64,000 nt of DNA from the human T2T-CHM13v2.0 reference genome, Homo sapiens (GCF_009914755.1 NC_060932.1), one strand, 5' to 3'. Shown: positions 31,896 through 46,422, numbered from the stretch's first letter. Numbers and translations: made by a program. The notes: a model not told the origin generated them from the sequence alone.

Positions 31896-33927
31896 TGCAG
31901 TTGCTGATCAAATACACCTGAGGTCTTCCCCTCAGAACACAATGAGGAAGGTGGGAGGGCAAGAAAGGAAAGGAAGGAAGAGACGAGTTCAGAAATAGCC
32001 CTGACCTATCACAACAACTAAAGGATTTAGCCTGTGGACCTTAAGGAAAAGGAATCAACAGTGACTAGAAGGGAAATCTTCACCAAAAAGGGGCTCGAGG
32101 AGGTAAAAGATAGCCTTTTCTCAAGCTGACAAGAATAACAAGTGTGCAGACCTCCAGGAGCAATGAAGTAGGTGCTGGTTTCCATCAGCATCCTAAATCC
32201 AATTTGAAACCATCATTTCGTCTTCAAAGTAACAGGTGAAAAAGTTTACACTGAAGACAAAGCACCTGAAGTGGAATCACATCATCAACCTGAGGCTGAT
32301 GAGGCACTGAATGGATTTTCTATTACATTTCTACAGACTGATCATCTGTCTTAGAGTGAGCTTATTCAGCCTCAACCAAAAACTTTCATATCCAGGCATA
32401 GTCATCATCACCTAAGGGCACTGAACTGAAAGATACTCTGAGGAGACGAGGCAGACCATTGGGAAATAGTTTTAACTCATGAAAGCTTATCCCATTTATA
32501 AGGGAAAAACCACCCTAGATGAAGCAGCATGAGAAAGCAGCTATGGCCCAGCAACTAGGTTGTCTTAAAGGATGAGCCCTTTACACCATTGCTGTGAGGA
32601 AAATGACCTTCCCCTTTCTGAAGCAAACCCAGGTACCAATGGGTGACTGACTTATTAAAAGCACAAAACACTCTATCAGGCAGGCAGAAGAAAATTCATG
32701 TACTTCTATTTTCACACAATAGGCCTTAGTAAATGTTGACCAAAAGAGGAAAAGAACAAATATATCCAGCTCAATTTATTGTGTTATTCTGAAGGTAGGG
32801 AGTTATGACTTAAAATCCCTTCCCTGAAAACAGCGATGAGGGTAAGATCTACAGATAATGGAGTAGGCAAAGATTCAGTATCAGTCCTGGCAAACCATCA
32901 TTCCAGAAACCCTTAGGGAGGCCTCGTAGCATCCTGGAGCTCAACAGATTTGGGAAGCCATGACAGCATATCTTTAGATCTAAAGAAAATCTAAGCATCA
33001 AAGAAAAGACAATTTGAAGCAAGCCTAACTTAAAGCTGTGCCTTCTTTCTCTGGGGAATATTGATAGACAAGCTTCCAGATCCTAAGTTCTGAAACATTT
33101 TTGCAAATGGTATGGATGTGGAGGAAAATCTGTTGTGCTCTGTCATCTGCCCTTAAAGCTTTGCTTCTAGCCACTAGATCACAATCAGACTCCTTGAGAG
33201 ACTGATACACATATCTCAAAGCAGTGGCATGGTGCATTTCACAGAAAGCCTCTCCCTGGAAGGCAGAGCTCCTTGGAATGGTATCACATTGGCCAGAAAC
33301 CTTCATTTCCTGCAGTGCAGCATCCATCCAAGAAATGCTCTCTCCAGGACCAATATTGCCAAGAATAATACAGACAAACATGTTGGCATTCACAAACTTT
33401 GAAGGTAGCCCAGAAACTGAGATGCTCAGCCCACTCGCAACAGAAAAAGACATGCTCCCCTACTTTTTGGTCTAGATTAACTACCACATATCTGAGAGGT
33501 CTAGCTAGACCACTATTGGTGAGAAAAGGCTGGCACAAGAAATAATACTTTCTTTGAAAAAAAAAAGTCGTTCATACGTAAGAATTGCAGACTTGGGCAA
33601 AATCATATCCTACTTCGAAGTGTACCTCCCGACGATGCCAATGATGCTGGTGTAGATCCTGCAAGTGTCTCTGTTCTACTTTGTGACTGAAGCTCAGCAC
33701 TAAGGAAAAGGATCTCCAGTAGGTCAACTGAAACTAATTGACTGCCCTGAGTCTAGATCCAGTGGAATTCAGACACTTGATAAAGCTGACATGAAGTTTA
33801 TCTCAGCAAACTTCCAAATGCCCTTGGGCTACAGAGAGTGGAGGTGTGACTGCTCATGGTCCCCTTCCTGAATACCTGTCCCTCAGTCTTTTTAGCAAGG
33901 AAAGGAAATATACAGAAGCTACAAGAA

Positions 33928-34233
33928 TTTTGTTTTTTTGTTTTTTGTTTTGAGACAGAGTCTCACTCTGTCACACAGGCTGGAGTACAGTGGTGCAATC
34001 TTAGCCCACTGCAACTTCTGCCTCCCTGGTTCAAGCAATTCTCCTGCCTCAGCCTCCAGAGAAGCTGAGAATATAGGCACACACCACCATGCCCGGCTAA
34101 TTTTTATATTTTTAGTAGAGACAGGGTTTCACCATGTTGGCCAAGGTGGTCTTGAACTCCTGACCTCAGTTGATCCACCCGCCTCAGACTCCCGAAGTGT
34201 TGGGATTACAGGCCTGAGCCACCACACCCGGCC
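33928..34233 (-). mobile_element. AluSx-like
   Basis: full dimer; TSD TACAAGA. Confidence 0.95.
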
Positions 34234-35804
34234 TTACAAGAGATTTAAATATTGTCAAGTACTGTTATACTCCCTTCAATTTTGTGCCAGGAAATCTTAT
34301 AATTTTCTAAACCCCTTTTCACCCTTCTAGGTAACCAGCAATCCTCCAAAATCCTAGATCTCTTTAGTGCTTACATACTCTTCTGGCTAAAATAACTTCT
34401 TACTATAAAAAGAGGGAGCATTCTCTTAAATGACAATTTTATTTCAGAACATCATTTCTGTATTTTATTCTATAAATATTCCCTAAGTTCTAAGTGCATT
34501 GCTACACCGGGCTAATAGTTTAGCTTATAAGCCTATCAGTAACTGAATTAATGCAATTTCATAAGTGACCAATTTATATTCTAGAAATAATTCACTGTCC
34601 TGGACTAATTTAGGCAACTACATTCCCATGCACTAGGCTGAGTTTCATGAGCAAAATTTGCAGATGTTTTATAGCGAGGTTTGAGTTGAAGAAGAGTGGC
34701 AGACACCCTGGAAAAAATAATGTTAGACATTGGAATCACAAGGCCATCAAGAGGCAGAGTAAAATTAAGAAAGATGGGCAAGGAGAAAATATCTAAATAC
34801 CTTTTAAATGAGATTTGAAAAAGAGATGGAGGGGCGATGAGGTGTAAAGATAAGACAAAGGCAAACTTCCAGATTTCCAGATAAACAAGCAGACATCATT
34901 CACACCCAATGAACTAGTGATGCAGAGAGGCCATCAAACCTCACAAGGAGCAATGCTTCCCCCTTGCACGTTAATTACAAGAGGAGGTCTAGTACCTGTC
35001 TGGAGTATAGCTAGTTAGATTTCTAGTTTTCCATCTCACTGCTCTAAGGAATCATTTATGTTGTCTCAAGCCACCAGAGACTAACGGATATTCCCCACTC
35101 CATAAACCAGCCACCACATTCATGTGCTTCCTACAGAGAGGCTGGGGAGGAGAAAATGTATGTATGGATTTCTACATAACCAAAACTACCATCAACACTG
35201 ATGGTGATACACTGCCATGTAAACCAAGTAGACTTATATATTTCTAAAGTGCTGGTCACCTTAATACGTAGGCAAATATTTATCTGATCAGGTAGTGAGT
35301 TTTGTACAAAGCTGCACCAAGAATGAGAAAGAAACTCCAAGCTTCAGTGGGACAAATCCCTGTGTGACAGTAAATTTTTTAAAAACCTGCTTTAGCCTTT
35401 AGATCTGCTAAGGTTCCTAGGACAATGAAACATAACTGGCTGCCCAGGCCCCAGATTGGATTAGATAGTCGAAGAGATTGTGACTCCTTCTTTCTACCAA
35501 AAATGCCAATTTTCAACCATGTTACTATTTATCAGTAACTCCATCAAGGAAACTTTTTATTAATACTCAGACATTCTAATCTTAAAAGATTTTAAGTAAC
35601 ACCAAAGGAATAGACAAAGGAAAATAAGCAAAACAATCAGTTTATTTTCCTCATGTTTAAAAAAGTCTGAAATAATATTGAAATTATGGATATAATTTCT
35701 TTTGGCTTTGACCAACTAAAAAGTTTAATCACTGATTAAAGCTGAGATATCATATTCAACTCAAGATACCAGGCATTCAATGACACTATCTTCTATTCAA
35801 CTAA

Positions 35805-35868
35805 GTGGGCCATTCACATTTAAATATAAAGAAAAGAAAAAAAAAAATATATATATATATATATATAT
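35805..35868. repeat. A-rich plus (TA)n microsatellite
   Basis: AAAGAAAAGAAAAAAAAAAA followed by about 10 TA units. Confidence 0.85.
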
Positions 35869-36031
35869 GAGAAAACATGAAAAATTGAATCATATTATTT
35901 TGAATTAAATCCCAAGTTCCATGAAACTAGCACTAGAATAAAAGGAATTATTGGTAATTCTAGCTTTATTTTTATAAAATTCACATTTCTATCCTTGTGG
36001 CTTTTCGGTTGATATATATTGGGGGGGGGGG

Positions 36032-36336
36032 TTGTTTGTTTATTTGTTTGGTTTTTTTGCTAGGACCTGGCTCTGTTGCCCAGGCTGGAGTGCAGTGTCA
36101 CAGTTACATACTTCACTGCAGCCTCAGACTCCTGGGTCAAGCAATCCTCCCATGTCATTGTCCCAAGTAGCTGGGACTACAGGCATGTGCCAGCACACGT
36201 GGATTATTTATTTATTTACTTTTTATAGACTGGGTCTTGCTATGTTGCCCAGGCTGGTCTCAAACTCCTGGCCTCAAATGATCCTTCACCTTAGCCTCCC
36301 AAAGTACTGGAATTACAGGTGTGAGCCACCACAGCT
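36032..36336 (-). mobile_element. AluJo-like, next to a G11 run
   Basis: CACTGCAGCCTC, GTCTTGCTATGTTGCCCAGGCTGG J diagnostics. Confidence 0.88.
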
Positions 36337-36929
36337 CTCCTTTGCTTGTCTTCTGTTGTGTGTTTTTTTTTTGTTCTCTACTGAGTTTCAGAAAATGCAA
36401 GGATGATGATGGCTGAAAATTTTGCTCTACAGCCTAGAACCTAGAGGTTGGCATAACCAAATTTACATGGCAAAGATAAAAATCCAGTTGCAGGGGCCCT
36501 CTGACATACTCAGGCTACTTTTGTAATTTCCAATTCAGGAATAGCAAGTTAATCTCAGTTTAAGGCATTTAACTTACCTACTGTAGAGCAAACCTAAGTG
36601 CTGTTATGAAATAAAATGAAACTAGACAATTTCTGTGCCTGAATCAACATGAAGGGAGTTGGATCTGCCTGAACAAGGATCCTCTGAAATTCATGGAGAG
36701 TCATTTTCCCAACACTGTGGAGAAATCACCATTGTTTTTGGTGGTGAGTGGAAGTGACAGATGGCACTTAACCTTTCTGTTTTTAATAAAATTCTTTGTG
36801 AACAAGTCCTCATTTTTAAGGAGACATAATCTCTCCTTTTTATTGTTTTTTTCCTTAAGATAATAAACGACAATTTCACTTTTTAGCCCCTCTCTAATTC
36901 TTAAAGAAAGCTGCAAGATGGAAATCATG

Positions 36930-37930
36930 AGAATAAAAACTCCATGCTAGCTGTGAAAAATGAAAAACAGCAATCTTGCAGCCACTGGAGGAAGCAATGT
37001 GTGCTTGGAACTCCCACAAAAGCTTCATCCCCAGACACTTGTCACTATTTGACCTTCTGAGAGCTGACTGAAAAGCTCCACTCTTGGACTTTCTTTATTT
37101 GACATGACTCAGAGCTCACTCTGTGCAAGCAACCCTATCTACAAGGCATTTGTCAAAAACAATCAATGACAATTGTTTAACGTAGTGGCTGCCTGAGGCA
37201 GCATTGCAACTGTGGCTAAAAAGAGGCTGACCAAGAAAACATAAAAGGAAAAATCAGGAAATGAGATGCCCATACAGACTTTGAAAGCGTAAAATATTCC
37301 TGAGAGTCAAGAAAGTCATGTAAATGAGCAGGTCTATGTGCATAAACCAGGACTGCACACATGCCCAGAAAGATCTAAGAAGACCATGATCTCTCACCCC
37401 TTCTGACATTGAAGCCCTCCTCATGCAGAAAGTGAAGGCTAAGGCAGACTTGTAAATAACCTTTCATGGCATTGAGGGTGTGTTCAAACACAAATACACA
37501 CACACACACACACACAAAGAGAGTTCTTCAGCAAAGGCTGAGAGCCTTATTGGCTCAAAGTAATTAAGTAAATCTGTCTAATCATTAGATGATCACTAAG
37601 CTAATCAAGCAAAGACTTCAGTGGCCACATACACCCTTATAGACTTTACACAGACTTTACAGAATACTAGCCCAGAAACATCAGTTAATAAACAAACCAA
37701 TAGGAACAACAAAAACTCTTGGGGGATGGGAGAGGAGTGAAGAGGAATGTGATTTCCAAATTTGTTGCATTATATAATTTCAATTGCCAGATTTCAACAA
37801 CAACAACAAAAAGCTACAAGATATGCAAAGAATGGGAAAGTATGACATACGTTTTTAAAAATTAGTAATAGATGCTCTTCCTAAGAAAGCCCAGATGTTA
37901 GACTTAATAGACCAAGACTTTAAAATACAT
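36930..37930 (+). mobile_element. old L1M (L1MD/ME-type) 5' UTR to ORF1 start
   Basis: GCATTTGTCAAAAACAATCA...; ORF1-start-like AAGCCCAGATGTTAGACTTAATAGACCAAGACTTTAAA; contains (CA)n at about 37496-37516. Confidence 0.6.
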
Positions 37931-37989
37931 TTTCCTGAATTACATGAAACAATGTAATTATAAAAGTTCTTAAAAGCAAGAAGGAGAAC

Positions 37990-38275
37990 AAAAGAAGTGG
38001 TCAGAGTGATGCAATGTGAGAAGAACTCAACCTCCTGTTGTTGGCTTTGATGGTGAAAGAAAGAAGCCAAAAGCCAAGGAATGTGGGCAGCCTCTAGAGG
38101 CTGAAAAAAATGCAAGGAAACAGATTCTCCCATAAGCCCTGTCAGGCTGCTGACACTTATTACAGCCCAATGAGACCTGTGTCAGACGCCTAACCTTCAG
38201 ACCCACAGATGATAAATTCGTATTGTTTTACACCGCTAAGTGTGTGGTAACCCATTACAGCAACAACAGAAAACC
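37990..38275 (+). mobile_element. MLT1D-like LTR (3' portion)
   Basis: GCCAAGGAATGTGGGCAGCCTCTAGAGGCTG...AAGGAAACAGATTCTCCC...CAGCAACAACAGAAAAC. Confidence 0.85.
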
Positions 38276-38671
38276 TGTTATGAATAAGCCAGGCACAGAA
38301 AGACAAACATCACATGTTCTCACTCATATGTGGGAGCTGAAAAAGCTGATCTCACGGAAGTAAAGAGTAGAATGATGCTTACCAGAGGCTGGGAAGGATG
38401 TGAGTTGGTTAATGGGTACCAACATATAGTTAAATAAAAGGCATAAGTTCTATTCAATAGCACAGTAGGGTGACGATAGTTAACAATAATTCATTATATA
38501 TTTCAAAATAGCTAGAAGATGTGAAATGTTCCCAACTCAAAGAAATAATAAGCATCTGAGGTGATGGATATCCCAAATACCCTGATTTGATCACTACACA
38601 TTACATGTATGTGTCAAAAGATCATGTGTACCCCATTAATATGTACAATCATTATGTATCAGTAAAAAAAA
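38276..38671 (+). mobile_element. L1MA4-like 3' end (5' truncated)
   Basis: GCACAGTAGGGTGACGATAGTTAAC...GAGGTGATGGATATCCCAAATACCCTGATTTGATC...TATGTATCAGTAAAAAAAA. Confidence 0.85.
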
Positions 38672-39088
38672 TTTAAGTAAAAAGTAAAATTAATTTTGCT
38701 AATATATTTTATGGCAGGGCTCACACCTGTAAGCCCAGCACTCTGGGAAGCTGAAGCAGGCAGATCACTTGAGCCCAGGAGTTGGAGACCAGCCTGGGCA
38801 ACATGGTGAAACCCAGTCTCTACAAAAAATACAAAAATTAACCAGGCATGGTGGTGCACACCTGTGATCTCAGATACTCAGGAGGCTGAGGTGGGAGGAT
38901 CACCTGAGTCAGGGAGGTCGAGGCCACAGGGAGCTGTGATCTGTTCCACTGCACTCCAGCCTGGGCAACAGAGTGAGACCTCATCTCAAAAAATATACAT
39001 ATATTTTGTATTTTACCCAATATATCAAAAATATTATTTCAATAAGGAATCAATATAAAAATGATTAAAGCAATCTTTTACATTTTTT
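38672..39088. mobile_element. MER33-like (hAT-Charlie) internal fragment without TIRs, split by Alu
   Basis: AAATTAATTTT..TAATATATTTTAT | TTTTACCCAATATATCAAAAATATTATTTCAA...AATCAATATAAAAAT...TTTTACATTTTTT. Confidence 0.6.
38713..38993 (+). mobile_element. AluJb-like
   Basis: GATCACTTGAGCCCAGGAG, GGGAGGTCGAGGC diagnostics. Confidence 0.92.
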
Positions 39089-39351
39089 AAAAGCCAATTA
39101 CAGATTTTGGTAATGAGAGTGAGGTGCTGATGTAACAAATACCTGAAAGTGTGGAAGTGACTTTTGGCTTGGGCAGTGGACAAAGGCTGGAAACATTTTG
39201 AGGAGAACAATAGAAAAATCCTAGATTCCCATGAACAGATGAGAGTCTGTTCAAGAAATATGGACATTAATGACGCTGTCAGTGAAGCCTGAGAAGGAAA
39301 TAGGGGAGCATGGCAGAGAAAGCATATATCACCTTAGAAAGTTGCTCAGGA

Positions 39352-39659
39352 GGCTGGGCACAGTGGCTCACGCCTGTTATCCCAGCACTTTGGGAGGCCG
39401 AGGCGGGTGGATCATCTGAGGTCAGGAGTTCAATATAGGCCTGGCTAACATGGTGAAACCTCACCACTAGGAAAGTATAAAAATTAGCAGGACATGATGG
39501 CAGGTGCCTGTAATCCCAGTTACTCAGGAGGTTGAGGCAGAAGAATCACTTGAACCCAGAGGCGAAGGTTGCAGTAAGCCAAGATCGCGCCATTGCACTC
39601 CAGCCCAGGCAACAGAGCAAGACTCCGTCTCAAAAAAAAAAAAAAGAAAAGAAAAGAAA
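39352..39659 (+). mobile_element. AluS
   Basis: full dimer; TSD AGAAAGT(T/C)GCTCAG. Confidence 0.95.
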
Positions 39660-40295
39660 GTCGCTCAGTAATCATTAACAGACTGTTGGTAGGTTTAGAG
39701 GAAAAACTGTTCAGCAAAAATGTAACCAGTTAACCAGGACTTGCTGGTTTGGGGGATTTTCAGCCTTTCTGGATTGCAATTGATGCTAAAATTTAAGACT
39801 TTCACTGGCAGTAGAGAAAAAAAAGCTGAGCATGTGGATGCATAAACTTTTGCTAATACCTCAAAACCATCAAAAGGTCAAGGTATTTAGTCATATGTCA
39901 CAAAAAAGATTAAGTGTGTGACTAATACATCTCTTCAGCCTTCTCAGGAGAAGCCAAAAATAAAGATGAGATTGTCTAAGAAAGATTTTGGAGGACCTCT
40001 TGTCTAATGGAGTGAATCTCCAGTGCATGTGACATATACTGGAGACCTACAAGGTTCTTGAGAATTTTAAATACGAGCAGAAACATTGCCATCTTAGATC
40101 TAAAAGGACAAATAGAGTACAAAATGAAAGATGGCTGTTGGACAACCAAAAGTCTACAGGCAGGAAACTGATAAAACTACTCAGTTGCAAAAATGTGCTA
40201 CTTTTTCTGAAAAAGAAGAGGTAACTCAGAGCTGAGAGCCTAGAGAGTAGGACCCAAGCTACAGACAGGTATTCTCAGGCCTTGAAACCCAATAA

Positions 40296-40573
<278 letters not shown>

Positions 40574-40879
40574 TTGAATTTTTTAATTACTTGGGTCTAG
40601 TGGCTCCTTTTTTTTATTCCATGGCTTCTCTTTTTGAACAGAAATGTCTAAAACTGCTATCCTATGCCAGTCCCACTATTGCATCTTGTATGCAGATCAT
40701 TTGTTTTCTAGTTTCACAGGTCGATAGATGGAGATTAATTTTGCCCCAGGATGGATTACCACCAGACCCTCACCCATACCTGATTTAGATTATTTAGATA
40801 ATCAAATTTAGAATGGTTGAGCTAATAAGATGTAGATGAGATTGTGGAGTTTGGGGTGATGCTGTAATGAGCTGAGAAT

Positions 40880-41545
<666 letters not shown>

Positions 41546-41907
41546 TTTTAAAAGTTAATGCTTATCAAAATGTTCTTTGGTGATCATAAAAACTTTTATT
41601 TCGAGAATAAAACTTTCATTATATCTTGCTAACAACTTCTAACCTTCATAAAGAAGGACTAAAAATATGAGATTTCATTTTGTTTCTTATCATGCTTAAA
41701 ATCTAGTTTTTAGTTTGTGTATATTCAAAGCCATAAATATTGAGTTTTTCATTTTTATTCATTCATTCAAGAAACATTTGTTGAATGGCTATTATAAATT
41801 AGGCACGAGATCATGTACAAAAATGCAGTGATAATCTTTGTCCTTAAGGAGGTTCATAAAGGACTTTTCTAAATAAACAGAAAATAAATGTTAAGATGCC
41901 TTGAGAT

Positions 41908-42199
41908 GGCCGGGCATGGTGGCTCACGTCTGTAATCTCAGCACTTGGGGAGGCGGAGGCGAGCAGATCACCTGAGGTCGGGAGATCAAGACCAGACTGA
42001 CCAACATGGAGAAACCCTATCTCTACTAAAAATACAAAATTAGCTGGGCATGGTGGAGCATGCCTGTAATCCTAGCTATTCAGGAGGCTGAGGCAGAATT
42101 GCTTGAACCCAGAAGGCAGAGGTTGTGGTGAAGTGAGATCGCGCCATTGCACTCCAGCCTGGGCAACAAGAGCGAAACTTCGTCTCAAAAAAAAAAAAA
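41908..42199 (+). mobile_element. AluSp
   Basis: GAGGTCGGGAG, TGACCAACATGGAGAAACCC, CAACAAGAGCGAAAC; perfect TSD AAGATGCCTTGAGAT. Confidence 0.95.
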
Positions 42200-42545
42200 G
42201 ATGCCTTGAGATATATGTGCAAACTGCCACGATCACATCTTCCCGCTTACTTTCATGTGTTCATATGTGCTCTAACTTCTCTCAGGTTTCTTCAAATTAC
42301 GTCTGTTCCCTAAGCCCAAGTTCATGTTTCATACACAGTTATTTCTGCAGCAAGTATTTCCCTCTCTCCTGCATCATCAATATTCCCTAGATGTTTCCTA
42401 CTAGATTATTTCCATCACCATGCAAACCTGCAGATATTTCTCCTTTATTCTTTTAATTTCTTTTGACTTCAATTCTCTTTTTCAGCTGCTACTATTTTTC
42501 TTTCCTTCTATTTATAGTAAAACTTCTTGAAATAGTTGTTGGTAC

Positions 42546-42993
42546 TGTGAAAGTTGTCAGAATCAAAATGGAGTCACTTGTGTAAAAAAAAAAAAAACCT
42601 GAAAAACAGCCAGGAAAGGTCATGAAGGGAGAGTTCTTATGCACAAATGCCTGATAACAAAACTACCATCAAAGACTGAAACACAACCTTGCACAAAGTC
42701 CATCACAATCTAACACATAAAAAATACTTCTTCGAGGACATATGCCCAGCAACTGCCTGTCCAACATTGGGCTGACACCATCCTTGCTATTGATCTTTGC
42801 AGCCAAAGATAATTATCTCAGAGGAATTATATAATCCTCCTCTTTTTTTCTTTTAAAAAGCTTTCTCTTTCTTTACCTCCCTGAATACACACATAGTTTA
42901 CTGAAGTATGCATATGCCTTGCAATGCCCATTCCCAAATAGACATTATTTTCTTTTAGAAAGTCACCCTCTCTGTTTGCTATTTTTGATGATA
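42546..42993 (+). mobile_element. MER65-like ERV1 (MER4 group) solo LTR
   Basis: TGTGAAAGTTGTCAGAATCAAAATGGAGTCAC start; AATAGA polyA variant; 4-bp TSD GTAC. Confidence 0.8.
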
Positions 42994-43159
42994 GTACTCT
43001 GTTTCTTCCTATTTCTCCATTCTCATTTTCTCTTGAGTACATACCAGTTTTCACTCCTACTGATTCACTGAAACTATTTAACGTCACCAGTGATTCAAAC
43101 ACCGCATGCTCCAGGTTTTACCCCTGCTTTTGACTGTTTCTTCTAAATTTCTTTTGCAG

Positions 43160-43992
43160 ATAAAAGATACATAACAAGTGTTGGTGAGGATGTGGAGTAA
43201 AGGGAACACTTGTACACTGTTAGTGGGAATGTAAATTAGTACAATCCTTATGCAACTCAGTAGGGAGTTTCCTCAAAAAAATTGAAAACAGCACTATCAT
43301 AAAACCCAGCAATCCTACTGCTAGGTGTATATTCAAAAACTATAAAAATCAGCATATCAAAGAGATATCTGCACTCCTTCGTTCATTTCAGCATTGTTCA
43401 CAATAGCCAATATATGAAATCAATCTAAGTGTCCATCAACAGATGAATGAATAAAGAAAATGTGGCATATATACAAAATGGAGTACTAGTCAGCCTTCAA
43501 AAAGAAGGAAATCCTATCATTGATGACAACATGGATAAACCTGCCAGACATTATGTTAGGTGAAATAAGCCAGGCACAGAAAGACAATTCCTGCATTATC
43601 TTACTTATATGTGGACTCCAAAAATTCAAACTCAAGGAAGCACAGAGTAGAATGATAGTTATCAGAGCCTGGGGGCTAGATGGATTAGGAAGATGTTAGT
43701 CAAACAATACAAAATTTCTGTAGAATGGGAGAAATAAACTCAGGAGATCTATTGTACAAATAATGACTATAATTCATAATAATGTATTATATACCTAAAA
43801 ATTGCTAGGAGTAGATTTTAAATGTTCTCACCACAATAAATGAGAAACATGTGAGGTAATGGACGTGTTAATTAGCTTGATTTAGCCTTTCCACAATGTA
43901 TACATAAATTAAAACATCATGTAGTATACCACAAATACGTGCAATTTTTATTTGTCAATTAGAAAATAAATACAATTTAAAATTAAAAAAAT
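43160..43992 (+). mobile_element. L1MA7/8-like 3' end
   Basis: ORF2 tail AACAAGTGTTGGTGAGGATGTGGAG and 3' UTR GTGAGGTAATGGACGTGTTAATTAGCTTGATTTAGCC; TSD TAAAT(T/C)TCTTTTG. Confidence 0.88.
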
Positions 43993-45829
43993 AAATCTCT
44001 TTTGTCCCAGATATTTTTTTTTACTCAACTCTCCTATTCTAAGGAAACTCTAGAGATTTCAATCTCCCCAATCTTGGAATGTTGGAAAGCCCTAGAGCTC
44101 CGTTCTTGGTCTTATTCTATCTATATTCATTCTCTATTTTCTCTCATCTGGTCACATGATCTTAAATATATCCTTTTGCCCCAAATGTATATCTATAACC
44201 TGAACCTCTCCCCTGAACTCCAAACCTGTATATCCAGTTGCCTACTTGATATCAACAATCGATGCCTAATAAGCATCTCAAGGTCAATATGGCCAAAATG
44301 AGCTCTTGAGATTCTTCCAAAACAATTCCTTCACCTATAGTCTTCTGCATCTCATTGAAAGTAACTCTATCCTTCCAATCACTCTAGCCTAAAAACTCAC
44401 CTCCCCCCTTTTTTTCCCAACTCCTACATCTGGTCCTACCATCTGCAAATCCTATCAGTAGTACCTTCAAAATAAAATTCATCAAAAGCTCAAGTACTTT
44501 TCGTTATCCCCACGGTCTCCATTTTGATGCAACAGTCGTCTCCCTTCTGGATTAGTTCAGTAACCTCCTAACTAGTCTCTCTCCTTTAGCCCCTGTCGAA
44601 TCAGCCTTTTTTCAACCCAGACACATCATATTACTTTCATGCTGAAAACCTGCAAATTGATCCAGCTCGCTCAAAGTCTTTACCATTACTTAAAAGATCC
44701 TACATGGTATGGCTCTCCATTACCTCACATGTCTCCTCTCTGCCACTCATCTTCCCTCCAACCACACTGGCCCTCTGCACTTCCCTGAACCCCTCAGGCA
44801 CGTTTCCACATCAGGACCTAGATGCTTGCTTGATCCTCTGCCTGGGATGTCCTTCTCTGAGACAGCTCCCTCACTTTATCCATATCTTTATTCAAAATGT
44901 ACCTTCTTAGTGAGGCCTCCCCTGGCCACCTTATCTTAGTTCAATATTCCCCGGCAATTTACATCTTTTTACTCTTTGAGTTTTTGCGGTTATCACTAGA
45001 ACTATATTTGACTCCTGTATTTTATTCATCTTCTTTCTCCCTCACTAGAGTGTAAGCTCGGTAGGGACAGAAATTTTGTCCATTTTGTTCACAGTGTACC
45101 CCCAATGCATGCATGAGAGAGTCAGGCTGTGTGCAAGTCACATAGTGCTCAGAAATGAGTTATTGAATGATTCATAAATGAAGAAATACAGATGTTTTTA
45201 TGAAAACAATGAAGATGGAGAATGGAGTTATCTTAAGGAAGAAAATGATAATTCATTATTGGATACAACCATAATTTGTCTCTCATATTGTGAAGAATTC
45301 TACAACAATCCTGATTCTTACTGCTCTTTGAAGCTCCAACGCATGTTTCATCTTTTTCATGAATTCTTCCCTCACGGACTTAGTACTCAGGGATTCTCAC
45401 CGTTGCCCACCTCCTAAACCCTTACAGTCAGCATTAACCACTTACCACTTAAAGGCCTTGTATGGTACCTTAGCTGTACATGTGTAAGTGTGTGGGTACC
45501 TTTGCAAATTCTTTTTCCAGCCCAACTGTCATCTTTTTGAGAATACGACCCTTATCTTATACTTCCATGTATCCCTTTCTTCCCTCCACTGAGAACTCCT
45601 GTAATTCTGTGTATGTCTTTTATCTGTGTTTCCTGGATATGAGGGGGACCAGAGCATCAAGATGTTTTTAAAAGTCAAGATTCACCAGGGCTCAGAGCGC
45701 TGGACATTCCTAGAAGTCTACCAGGAGAAACATCTCTGAATAACAGGGGAAGGTAAGAATGGCAACATTAGGATTGCAGTTTTTCTCTTTTTTCTTTTTT
45801 TCTTTTTTTCTTCCCCCAACCCCTGCCAA

Positions 45830-45945
45830 TTATTATTCTTTTTTATTCTGGTAACATAACATAGATAAAATTTACCATCTTAACTATTTTTAAGTACGGT
45901 TCAGTGGTATTAAGTGCATTCCCACAGTTGTGAACCATTATCCCC
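45830..45945 (-). mobile_element. L1MB-type 3' end fragment
   Basis: ATAAAATTTACCATCTTAACTATTTTTAAGTAC..TTCAGTGGTATTAAGT. Confidence 0.75.
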
Positions 45946-46367
45946 GTCTCTTTCTTACATAAACCTTTTTAGATGTCTGCTTCAGAAGCAAGTTAAAGAT
46001 TTTCATATTCTTCCTTACATGGCACCACTACATCAGTGGCAACCCCTAAATTCCTGGGAGCCAAGCTGCCCTTCATTTTTTGTTTTTGTTGCTTGTTTGT
46101 TTGTTTGTTTGTCTGTTTTCTAAAGCTACCTCAGGAATTTAAGGCACCATAATTACTGAAAAGGGATCCTGGCACTGGACATGCTAACTAGATAGGAATA
46201 GGCAAATACAGAAAACCATCAAAAAGTGTCAAGTAACAGCAAGCTTGGCAAATAACGTTTAAAACTGTTCCAAATAAAATTAAAGATAACTTCAAGTAAT
46301 TTTACATTACCAAGAAAGCTTCATTGCAACAAAGTTTGTTTTCATTACCCAAAGGTTATTTTATAAA

Positions 46368-46422
46368 TTTATTACAAGTATTTCACAACAAGTAGTTTAT
46401 TACAAGTATTTCACAACAAGTA
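46368..46422. repeat. perfect tandem duplication, period 28
   Basis: TTTATTACAAGTATTTCACAACAAGTA at 46368-46394 and 46396-46422. Confidence 0.95.

Larger units (their letters stand above)
42310..45182 (+). mobile_element. L2a, long fragment interrupted by MER65 and L1MA
   Basis: CTCCCCTGAACTCCAAACCTGTATATCCAGTTGCCTACTTGA...CACTAGAGTGTAAGCTC...GTGCTCAGAAATGAGTTATTGAATGA 3' end. Confidence 0.8.
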
